The notes below the pieces were generated by a model, which saw only the letters and a list, made by a program, of their open reading frames with translations, was not told the DNA's origin and searched no databases. Shown here one piece after another: positions 1 through 12,000 of a stretch of DNA of 64,000 nt (the first letter of the stretch is position 1; each line of letters opens with the position of its first letter). The position numbers and the translations under genes are program-made. The DNA is from Lingula anatina (Eukaryota > Animalia > Brachiopoda). The DNA is taken from positions 24,304,001-24,368,000 of the forward strand of contig CM120642.1 in the NCBI GenBank assembly GCA_051362555.1, written 5' to 3'.

Positions 1-3000
1 GGGCCCACTCTAATGAGGCCAGAGGAGGAGACAGTGGCAGCTATCATGGATATCAAGTTCTGTAACATTGTGGTAGAAATTCTTATTGAGAACTATGACT
101 TGGTAAGTCGAGATAGAATTATTGTTAATACCCTAAGAACATGAAGTATTGGTTTTTGATATTATGTAAAATTAAAATTGGTATGGTTTTGAGGGAAAAG
201 AACAGAGAGTGGTCTAGCTAGACAACCATTGAATCCTGAAATGAAAACATTAATAGATTTCACATGAATGATTTTATTTTTATAAATATCTTATCTTTAA
301 CATTTATTATTTATACTTTTATTAACTCACTTATAATTAATTATATCAAGTTGGTTTACATTTCAATAGTCTTTTTATTGTACAGTCCAACTTTTCTTAG
401 GTGCAAGAAATGACAGTGAATGTACTGACTGTTCTTAGGCTATTCTTCTTCCTCTTCTTTTTCTTTTATTGTTATTAATGTATGTATTATCCCCCTGCAG
501 ATATTTGGAGGTTCACCAGACCAGTCAGAGAATGGTCCAGCCAGCCAGGTCCCAGAGAGTCCTAGAAGGTCTCTCCCAGTGCCTGAGCATGTCCAGCCAC
601 CCACTAGCTTGGCACCAGGTAGGGGACATCAAGGTTTATTATACTATCTTGTGTATTTTAAAACTGTCCTCTTTAGGCTGGTTTAAAATTTAAATGATTT
701 GGGGTCTAAATGCTTGTGGGATAACCAAATTACGTTACAAGGCCCAGAAGGGGATATTTGAAGTCCTGCCCATAGAAACACAGGCTGCACCTTATATTTC
801 TTTTTTCAAGTTTGAAAGCTTTCCAACTTGGCCAATGGTCAAAACAATGGATGTTTTATGAAGGTGTACCATTGTAGTCATTTTCAGAAAGTATTTTGTT
901 TAATGAATCATGAGGAAGAGTTTTAGCTGTTTTACTTTGAAATAATAATATAATATAAAGAATCTCTATCTAAGAAGTTTTGCAGTACAAATCACAGCAA
1001 TCAGTTTCAGTGCAGCATGGCTTTTGCTTAAACAACGACAGTGTCATGTGTACAGACTGTGTGCTTAATTATAAGGCAATTCACTAACAGTTAACCTGGT
1101 TTGGCATGTTGAAAATTTTGGCACTCTTTCCTGTTTGAGAATTTCAAAATTGTTTCCCCTTTTCTCAAAAAAGCCCACTTCAGCTAATATTTTGCTGTTT
1201 GAAAATCCTCTTTGAGCTATTCCCCTTCTCTCATTTTCACCAAGAAAAATAATGAATATATTAAGTAAATGAGTGAAAAAAAATCTCAAATTGCCCAGTG
1301 ACATATGAAAGTTTGAAACATGTAGCAAAGTTAAGTGAAGCCATTCATAGTACAGTTGTTACATTTAAAGGTGGGTATGATACACACAATGCTTCCATTA
1401 ACCAGCTTTATGTTTAGCTGCAGCTTGTTTTCCCCTTTCCCCACCAGGTGGCCCCACATCTCCAGGGAGAAACTACGCAAACTTGGATAACAATGTGAAC
1501 AACAATTCTTCTGGCTACAAAGGTCTCGACGCGGGGCAGACATATGCTCAATACAGGAGTCGTCTGCGGCCGGTCGCCATTTATAATCCTGGAACTCCTG
1601 GTAGGTGGCGCTCTGTAAAGCAGATCAAGCCTGTTTTTCGTGTATTGTTCGATATGCTTAACATACTGTAAGTGTATTAAAGGTGACATTCCTCTGCATT
1701 ACTGGTCTTTGTAGCTCTCTGGGAAAATGAAAACTGGGGTCTGTTTCACACAAAAGTCCGAAGTCACTTCTTGGTCTAAAACCATACACTAGTACTAAGA
1801 CTTAGCTGTCTAAGTTGCATTTCTCAGAGAATCTTAAAGGCAGCGTATTAAGTGAGTTATTTAGTCTGTAAAAATTGATTGACTTTTCAAAGGTATTAAC
1901 TCTTAGTGATGACTTTAGCTCATTTAGGAATGTCAAATACTTTTCCTATGTTTCAATCACTCTTTTACACCCTTATATTATTGACCAGAAGGGCAAATTC
2001 GAATTTTGAATAAATAATTATTTAAGCAGTCTAAGCTTTACCCAAGAACAGTGAACATTTTGTGAAAAGGGCCTCAGGTAGAGATTCTTACATAGAACTG
2101 GGCATTGAGGGTGATATTTCCTTTATGTATGGAAGGCATTAAGTTCTTACAAATAGCACAATCATTGGAATGGTAAAACAGTTCAGAGGTTGTATTTATT
2201 GTGTTGTATTGTTTTTGTATCTATAAATTGAAGCATTTGGTTATCAACTTGTCACTGCATCTGTTGCAATATTCTTTCCCCAGTGAAAAGTGTATTCATT
2301 TGGTTATAAAATCTTAGCGAAGCAACCCATTGTCAACAAATAGGTGATAATTAAGAAAAAATTACATGTCATGTGGTTTTTCATCATCCATAGCCAACAT
2401 AAATTGTCTTTTAAATTAAGAAGATATTTTCTTATGTTCATGTGAGCCTAGAAAATTTGTACATTGCACCATTTTTTGATGTGTTCTAAGTAGAGCCTTT
2501 TATTATTATTATAAAGCAGCGAGATGGAAAAGCCCAGGCAGCAGTAAGTATTAGGGCTATGGGAACATCAATCCTACAGGAGTCATGGACAGGGGTGTCC
2601 ACATGTTCATGATCACTGTATTTGATTTGGAAATACTCTGTTCTTGGGAGACCAGGATATGGGTTTGAGTACAAGTTAACTTCATAAAATATCTAGACTA
2701 AAAAATAATAGAATAATATCAATACTTTTGAGGGACTGACAAAAAGTTTGGCCATTTTATACAGTAACTTGAGACTACATACTATTTGGGATGTTGGCTT
2801 GAAGACAAATGAATATATCATGATGGGCACCCCTGTGGATTCTAGTATACATGTCAGGTAGTAGATATATCTTATAAAAACAATTCTAGGCCAGCTTACT
2901 ACATGTGCAGGGATATGGATTTGTCAAAAGAAATGGATAAGATTGAGTAATTAATATGATAATGTTGAGGTGTAAATATTTGAGAAAAAAATGATATTAT

Positions 3001-6000
3001 TGTTGCTTAGGTAAGCTCATAGATTATATGATAATTGGTTGCAAGACAGGATTGAATTCAAGATTTATAATGTCCAGCTATATTAACTGACTTTTTTTCT
3101 GCACTTTGATGACCTTAATTCTTGTACTAATTGTGAAGTTGTTACCAACCTTGATTTAATGAAGGTTGTTGCTTTTCTTTACATGTTATTAATATGGCAG
3201 TGTTGGTCAGTGTTGACATGTTTACATTTCTTGTGCTTCAAAAGGCAGCAGTTTGTTAAAGCATACATAACTGCAATGGTTGTTACCTCAGTTGAAAGTA
3301 TTGACATAAATTTGGTATTTGTTCTAAAATTATTAATTTTCGATGATAATTAAACACGTGCACGCGCACACAAACAGAGAGAGAAGGGGGAGGGAAGCAT
3401 CCACATCCACTATTGCAAAATAATAGTAAAGGGTATTTTCAGCAAGTTGGCAGCATTAAAAAAGAAAACAAGAAATAAATTACATAGTTAAGGGCAAATT
3501 GTTTCTTAAAAAGCCTAGAAATGCTGGTTTAGAGTCTTTTGTGTGCTTTTCAGTTTTGCTTCAACTCAAAACCAATGAACATACTTTTAAAATATTTATC
3601 TTCACCTCTTTTGAAACTTCCTAGTCCTGCCAATGGTGGTTTCAAGTGTGTACTTTTCTCTACCCTTTAATCGTGTTTAATCTTTATGCTATTATACCTG
3701 ACAAAATATACACTAGTTCCAGAGTAAGTATTTGGAGAAGGGTTTTCTGGGTTTCCAGCTGTTCATTTGTGGATGAAACCTATTTACTGGTAATAGGTAA
3801 AGACCTCTTGGCAACGCCCTTAGAAACTTGGATTGAATTTCTGCAGTTTTGATAACCGATCCATTTCCACATTTTGACCGTTCATCCTTGGTGTTGATAT
3901 TTTATTCATTTTTGTTTTACTACGTGTGCCATAAATTCAGCAGCTTTGTCTCACAAGAAAGAAAGAATGAAGTGATGATTTTTAAAATGAAAGTTAATGA
4001 AAGAAACGATAATCTTTGTTTTTTAAAAGCATTTTTAGCATTGATTGGTGGAGCCATTGAATGACCGACTCAGAGTTATGACCTTAGGTTCTTCCAACAA
4101 CAACAGCAGCAGCTTTAAATCAAAGTTACTACAATTTAAGTCTTTCATTTTTCACAAGACAACCTCATCAGGGTACAAGGCTTTAGGTGTTATAATAGCC
4201 CCTACCTGGGAGCACAGTTTTAGCTGTTGTTGCAAGAACCTATGATTATTACAAATATAACTTTGAGTGCATAACACAGCTTATGAATTTTGCTAGTTAC
4301 TGTGTCACTATATATCTTTCTATTACAGCTGATGTGTACAGCAGCACCAGTAGCAGTTCAGAATCCCTGAGTTCCAAGTCGTCCAGCAACAACCAATCCA
4401 GTCCTTCCATCAACGCTCTGTCTCAGTCTTCTCCCCAGCTGGATGTGAGTCGCCGCCCCCACACCCAGCCTCCCATGTATGCTAACACTGCTGCTCTGGC
4501 AGACCAAGGTAACTTGTGGCATTGTTTTAGGTGTGACAATGATGGTGTGTTAGGTATGATGTTGAAAATGTGTTGGATGTGACATGAGAAATGTGTTAGT
4601 TGTGACAGCAAGTGGAAATGATGAGTCCATTGGGTTTATTGACAAATGTGTAAGGTGACAGTGGTGAACGTATTTAATTAGCTATACAACATGGGTTTGG
4701 TGCATTGGTGAATGTGGCAGATGAAATGGTGATGAATGTGCTAGTGGTTCTAGATAAATGTGTTAAAAACCTTGGAGAATGTGTTAGATGTGACAGTGGT
4801 AAATTGGTACATGTGTTAGTTCTAGATGAATGTGTTAGATACCTTGGTGAATGTGCTAGCTGTGATAGTGATATTGATGCCAGTTTCCCTAGAAGAAATG
4901 AGCTACATTGGTGAGTAAGATGGTACTGGGTGTGTCGACTAAAGTGTGCCAGGTACAAGTGCAAGCAAGATAAAATAATACTCTATTTGTTGTGTTTTTT
5001 GTTATGCCAAATATATATAATGTTCTGTCCACATTTAGACACAAGGTAAGCTAGAGTGTTTCATCACCATGTTCCAATAGTGAGAATAATGAAATAGCAC
5101 TTAAATATCCTCTGCATGTAATATTTAAGCAGAGAAATGTCAATTCAGTTCTTTTCTACGTTTTCATCTTTTGTCAAAAATAACATAAAATTCCCTTCAC
5201 TAGTCCACTTAAATTTTCTTTGATCTTCTGTGAATGTTTTTGATATTATATTTTGATTTTAAAGTTATTTAAAAAGCTTTTGTATAAATCAATAGATATG
5301 AAGTCCCAATAGGTGCTTTTCTTGGCACATTATTTTATGTTCATTTATTAATTACATAAAAAAAATCTGCTGTTGCTACTAGTCTGTTGATATTTCTTCC
5401 CAAAAACCACTTGAGATCAGAGAAAGCATTCCCCCATTTTTTTCCTATTAACCACAGTATTTGTTAAAAGGATACCTGTCTTTTAACCCTTGGTTTTGAT
5501 TTCCGTGTTGTGTGATTATATTTTCTGTCTCTGTGGAATGGAATCTTCTCTAACCTAATTTCAATATTGACAGAGTGTGTTTTCTGTTCAGGTGGATTGT
5601 GATGTTTTCAAAATTATCTGGACATATTTTAATTTTTTATTCTCTTTTCAAAAAAATTTTTTTTTATTTTTTCTTTATTATGTTTTTAGCGTATCTTTTT
5701 TATAATAGAGGAAATGTTTTTTGCACCAAAATGCTTGTAAAGATGTTTAGTGAATTGAATAGATGAAATACTTGTAATTCATTGTCTTGAGCCTTCTGGT
5801 TTACAAAAAGATAAAATAAAAGACAAATGGGCCTTACTAAGTATAAAAAAGCATTGTAGCTTTTGAAATTAATGTATCAAAAATTATTGGGATGCTTGAA
5901 AATTAAATCATAACCTAATAAATTCTACAAAAACTTAAAGGTATACAAAGGAAGAAAACTTGTTCAATATTAGTCAGTTATGAACAATGTTTTCAGATGT

Positions 6001-9000
6001 TGGTTTTATTATAATGTTTACTAGAATAGTATCTCTCAAGGTCTGCTTCTAGTAGTAATGGAGGTTTCATATCTTGAAGTGGCTATTTAATAACGGACCC
6101 TTCATTTCTAGTAGTCTAGATATAGTTAGTAGACAGGAACCACATTGAAACTTAAACAAATAGATACTGCTGCCTTCTGTTAGGAGTTATGAATTATTAA
6201 CAAGGGTGTAAAAGGATATGATTAAAATTCTTCATCTAATGGTGTTAATTTATAGTATTATTATCTGTTTGATCATGTATACTTTTCATGGTAGCATTTA
6301 TTGTCTGGAATTATTGTACCACCAGCGTTAGCGCTGGCAGTACACATGGTTTCGGTCTCGTCCGGATCGTTCCGCCGGCTCCGCCGGACGGCTACCGTTA
6401 CCGCTTCTCCTCCTAGACGGTAAGGCCCCCCATACCCATCTCATGGATTTAGGTCACCTATAATCTCAACTCGTTCCATGTAAAATTTGGGCTTTGTCGG
6501 TATTGGGGTCTGGGTGTGGCACTCATTGCAATGCACCCTTGTCTAAAAATGGCAAAATTAAATGCTAATTATCTACCCTACGGAAGGAGTTATGGGAAAA
6601 ATTTCTATAGCCGGATCCAAAAGTCATATGTGTAGATTTCAAATATACCCTTGGATTTGACCTTTGACCTTTACTTCAAGGTCAAATGGGCCAAAATTTT
6701 CAAAAAAATGAAATTTTTTACGAAAAAAAAATTTTTTGCCCTGTTATTCAGACACCACACAGACTTAACCAATAATATTATTGGAAAGTGTTACCCTTCA
6801 GGTCATCTTTCATCTCCATGAATTTGGGGTCAATCGGTGCATTTTCACGGGAGTAGCGGCCATAAGATACCGAAACTGAAAACTGTCTCTAATTCGGGAA
6901 CCGTTAATGCTAGAGACCCATTCTTTTTTGCATTTTGTAGAGCATGTAAAGCCCAACACTGGAGGTGGTCTCGGTTTTTTTGTATTCCATACGGTTTTCG
7001 AGTTACGCTGTATCAAAAAGTACATATTGGTGGTAAAAGCAAAATGTGCAGTACGGTAATGGATAATAAATTTTGAACTCTGGAAAAATAAAACATTAGG
7101 CTTGGCAAAGCAGACAACTTGTGTTCAAAAATGACATTATTTCATCAAATTTGAACTTCTGAAACTTCAGAGCACCTCTTATTTCAAGAATTTTGACCAA
7201 AATGACATTTTCTTTATTTTAATTAATTTTTTCTGTACGAAATTTAAGGCACATTATGGTAACTCCAAAATTATAACATTTAGTCCCTTATATCTCCAAA
7301 ACTGGCAGAGATAGGTCTATAGTTACTATTGAAGTTGAATAGGAAGTCATATACTGGCAATCTATATGTGACCTTAAAATTGACCTTTGACCTACTTTTC
7401 ACCATGAACTGAACTTTGCAAATTTTTCTTCCCTTTTATCTCCAAAACTGGCAGAGATAGGTCCATAGTTACTATTGAACTTGAATAGGAAGTCATATAC
7501 TGGCAATCTATATGTGACCTTAAAATTGACCTTTGACCTACTTTTCACCATGAACTGAACTTTGCAAATTTTTCTTCCATTTTATCGCCAAAACTGGCAG
7601 AGATAGATCCATAGTTACTATTGAACTTGAATAGGAAGTCATATACTGGCAATCTATATGTGACCTTAAAATTGACCTTTGACCTACTTTTCACCATGAA
7701 CTGAACTTTGCAAATTTTTCTTCCCTTTTATCTCCAAAACTGTCAGAGATAGGTCCATAGTTACTATTGAACTTGAATAGGAAGTCATATACTGGCAATC
7801 TAAATGTGACCTTAAAATTGACCTTTGACCTACTTTTCACCATGAACTGAACTTTGCAAATTTTGCTTTCCTTTTATCTCCAAAACTGGCTGAGATAGGT
7901 CCGTAGTTACTATTGAACTTGAATAGGAAGTCATATACTGGCAATCTAAATGTGACCTTAAAATTGACCTTTGACCTACTTTTCACCATGAACAGAACTT
8001 TGCAAATTTTGCTTCCGTTTTATCTCCAAAACTGGCAGAGATAGGTCCACAGTTACTATTGAACTTGAATAGGAAGTCATATACTGGCAATCTAAATGTG
8101 ACCTTAAAATTGACCTTTGACCTACTTTTCACCATGAACTGAACTTTGCAAATTTTGCTTCCCTTTTATCTCCAAAACTGGCAGAGATAGGTCCATAGTT
8201 ACTATTGAACTTGAATAGGAAGTCATATACTGGCAATATAAATGTGACCTTAAAATTGACCTTTGACCTACTTTTCACCATGAACTGAACTTTGCATGTA
8301 AAGCCCAATACTGGAGGTGGTCTCGTTTTTTTTTGTATTCCATACGGTTTTCGAGTTACGCTGTATCAAAAAGTACATATTGGTGGTAAAAGCAAAATGT
8401 GCAGTACGGTAATGGATAATAAATTTTGAACTCTGGAAAAATAAAACATAAGGCTTGGCAAAGCAGACAACTTGTGTTCAAAAATGACATTATTTCATCA
8501 AACTTGAACTTCTGAAACTTCAGAGCACCTCCTATTTCAAGAATTTTGACCAAAATGACATTTTCTTTATTTTAATTAATTTTTTCTGTTCGAAATTTAA
8601 GGCACATTATGGTAACTCCAAAATTATAACATTTAGTCCCTTATATCTCCAAAACTGGCAGAGATAGGTCCATAGTTACTATTGAACTTGAATAGGAAGT
8701 CATATACTGGCAATATAAATGTGACCTTAAAATTGACCTTTGACCTACTTTTCACCATGAACTGAACTTTGCAAATTTTGCTTTCCTTTTATCTCCAAAA
8801 CTGGCAGAGATAGGTCCATAGTTACTATTGAACTTGAATAGGAAGTCATATACTGGCAATATAAATGTGACCTTAAAATTGACCTTTGACCTACTTTTCA
8901 CCATGAACTGAACTTTGCAAATTTTGCTTCCCTTTTGTCTCCAAAACTGGCAGAGATAGGTCCATAGTTACTATTGAACTTGAATAGGAAGTCATATACT

Positions 9001-12000
9001 GGCAATCTTACTGTGACCTTGAAATTGACCTTTGACCTACTTTTCACCATGAACTGATCTTTGCAAATTTTGGTTTCCTTTTATCTCCAAAACTGGCTGA
9101 GATAGGTCCGTAGTTACTATTGGACTTGAATAGGAAGTCATATACTGGCAATCTATATGTGACCTTCAAATTGACCTTTGACCTACTTATAATCATGAAC
9201 TGAACTCTGCTAATTTCTTTCTCTTTTAACTCCAAACCTGGCAGAGATAGGTCCATAGTTACTATTGAAGTTGAATAGGAAGTCATATACTGGCAATTTA
9301 CTGCGACCTTGAAATTGACCTTTGACCTACCTTACGATGAACTTAACTTTGATTGTACCATTTTAAGTTATATATTTTTTTTGCGTATTTTGAAAATTCT
9401 TGTTGATTGCATTTTTATAGCTTGTCAAGCATAAGACTGGTGGCTGTGTCCCTTATTTTGTGTATGTGGGGGTCTATACGAATGCGCTTGCTCCAGCTGG
9501 TGGTACAATATTCGGAGGCGGTATCGCCTCTCTGATCCTCTAGTTTGTAAGTGTTATTTGTCTAAGTGTGGAACTTCTTCTGTTTTGTCCAGTAAGTTTC
9601 CTCATTTCCTGCCATCTTGTTTGATCAGTTGTAGCATGCTGACCAGTGTGTCTTATGCAAATTTATGATGTCCCACATCAAAACGAAGAAAAAAATTGTT
9701 ATTTTATAAGTTGTTTATTTATTTATTTGTTTGTTTATTTTGTTCATTTATTTGCTTATTTAAATTTAAATTGACTTGCCTATTACGTTTATAATTTATT
9801 TACTTTTGGTAAACAATTTTGAAGAAACATTCAATTATTTCCTAAATAGTAGCTTACTGTTATATGATATATTTATCTTCTGGTTTTCTGTTAGTAGTTT
9901 ATTATAACATTCTATTTAAGCTAAATGTACTAACATGTCTCTTGAATAATGTTGAAAAATATCATGAAACCAGAATGTCTCATGCTGTTTCTTCTTTGAC
10001 CTGCATCTGTCAGCAAGATTATTATGAAACTAATTTTACAAAATAGGCTCTACTACAACTTTATATCTGTTTTGGTAGTTAATTTTAAAATTGAATTTGA
10101 AAAGCTCATATAAGTTATGTGTTTACGTATTTGCATTAATTTGACAAGTATGAGCCTCGTAAAAAATTTTGCATTAACTGTCATTTTCTCCAAATACATA
10201 ACTTCCATGCACTACTTGAAGAAAACTGAACACTTGAAGAAAGTGAAAGCAAAACGTAACCTGCAGCACTGCTCCATAATTTACAAGTTCATATTAAATG
10301 ATTTAACACCTAGAAGTTCACTGCTTATTAATTTGATTGTCGGTTTTCATCATCATTGAGTTGTATTTATTGTTACTTTGGCACACCTATATTAACTAGT
10401 GTGTTTTCTGCATGCTTCTTCCATGCTAGGAGGCCTTCTGAGTCCAAAAGACATAATGAGGCTGGATCAGCCGCCCCAGTTGAGGCGGGAAGATGGTTAC
10501 CATAACAACAGTTACCATAACAACGAGGCCCGGCCTAAAAGTGCCACTTTTGATCTCTTCCTATCGCACACTACCTTGCTTTGTTAGTATCATTGTTTGT
10601 TTTGATTTGCTTTGCTTTAAGTCTTAAGTCATCTTTTAACTTTTTTTACTTTAAAATTTTTACATATTACCAAGTTTCTACTAGATAATTTTATTGTAAT
10701 TTAAATTGTGTTCTAATATATTTCCTTATAAGATATTAGCAATGAAATATTTGAATGAGGTTATAATTATTTTGAGTCAAATTGGAGAATTTGATGTGTA
10801 GGGATCAGGTATTTGAAGTAGTTAAGTAGTTAGAACTGGGGGTTATTTTAGCATTGTAGTATTAACTTATTATAAAAATTTATTAAAGCATGAAATGTAT
10901 TTCTATGAAAGTAGCTGCTTGATGTTCTTTAATATATCGTATGCCATGATTTATAGGAACAATTATTCCAATAGCCTAGGGCATTTGGGCTGATAAAATC
11001 AATAATTTAGATTTGTATGTAATGTTAGTGTAGAAGCAGCATGCGGACAAAAAAAGGCTGGTTCTTGTTTGTTTTTAGTGCATATGTTTACTCTGTGGCT
11101 TTTATTTAATCATTATTTGCCAATATTAACTGCCCTAAAGACATCAAAACAAAAATGCTATTTGAAGGGAATGATTGAGAAAGAAACAACATTCTGCAAA
11201 ATGTATAGATTAAAATATTATCATAAGCTTCATAGACAGTGACATTGATATGCACTTGGCAGATTTGCAAAAATACCAGATAATTACTAAGAACGAAATT
11301 ACTGCAAAGTATTTCTTGTGTGGAACTATATCTGCAGCTTCTCAAGTTAATGCTAAAATAAGATGACAGTCAGTGCAAAAAGAAACATAATGCATCATAA
11401 ATCTAAGAAGTTAGCATTAGACTGGTAAAGCATATATCTTTACCCATTGTTTATACTGACTACATATGCTTGCATTGGCAGCAAAAGGGATGGATCTTGC
11501 TTTTACGTTGCTTTCATTGTCGCCTAAGCTTTTCATCTATTTTTCTCTTTCAAACTGCCTTATATAGGATCAGCATTTTCCCCATCAAAGAATTCCTACA
11601 TGATTTAGATGATTTTAATTATAATTCTGTATACAGATATGAAGGGACAGGTTACATATGGCTGTGTTCTATCATTTGAACTTGTTCTTTTCTGGGCTCT
11701 TGCATACAAATTGAATCAGAGAACACTGACCTTTTCCATAGAAAATGTTAATAAAATTATTTTAGTGAAATTGAAAGAGCTCCCTATTTAGCTGAAAATC
11801 GTAAGCACCTCTTTCCCTTCTACATAAATGTCTGTCCTGAAAATTACATTAAAATTCATGAAAAACATTTCAGATATCTTGTCCAATATGAAACAAACAA
11901 AGGTCAATAACGGCATTAAGTGTTTTGTTGTTTGAGGCCACTCTTTAAACAAAATAGAGAAAAAAAAGCCTTTTGGAATACTGCTTTATTGAGAGTGATT

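Noticed and set aside
7285-9350. CRISPR-like array
   Set aside because: Units are contiguous near-identical 146-bp monomers without unique spacers, in a eukaryotic intron, with no cas genes.
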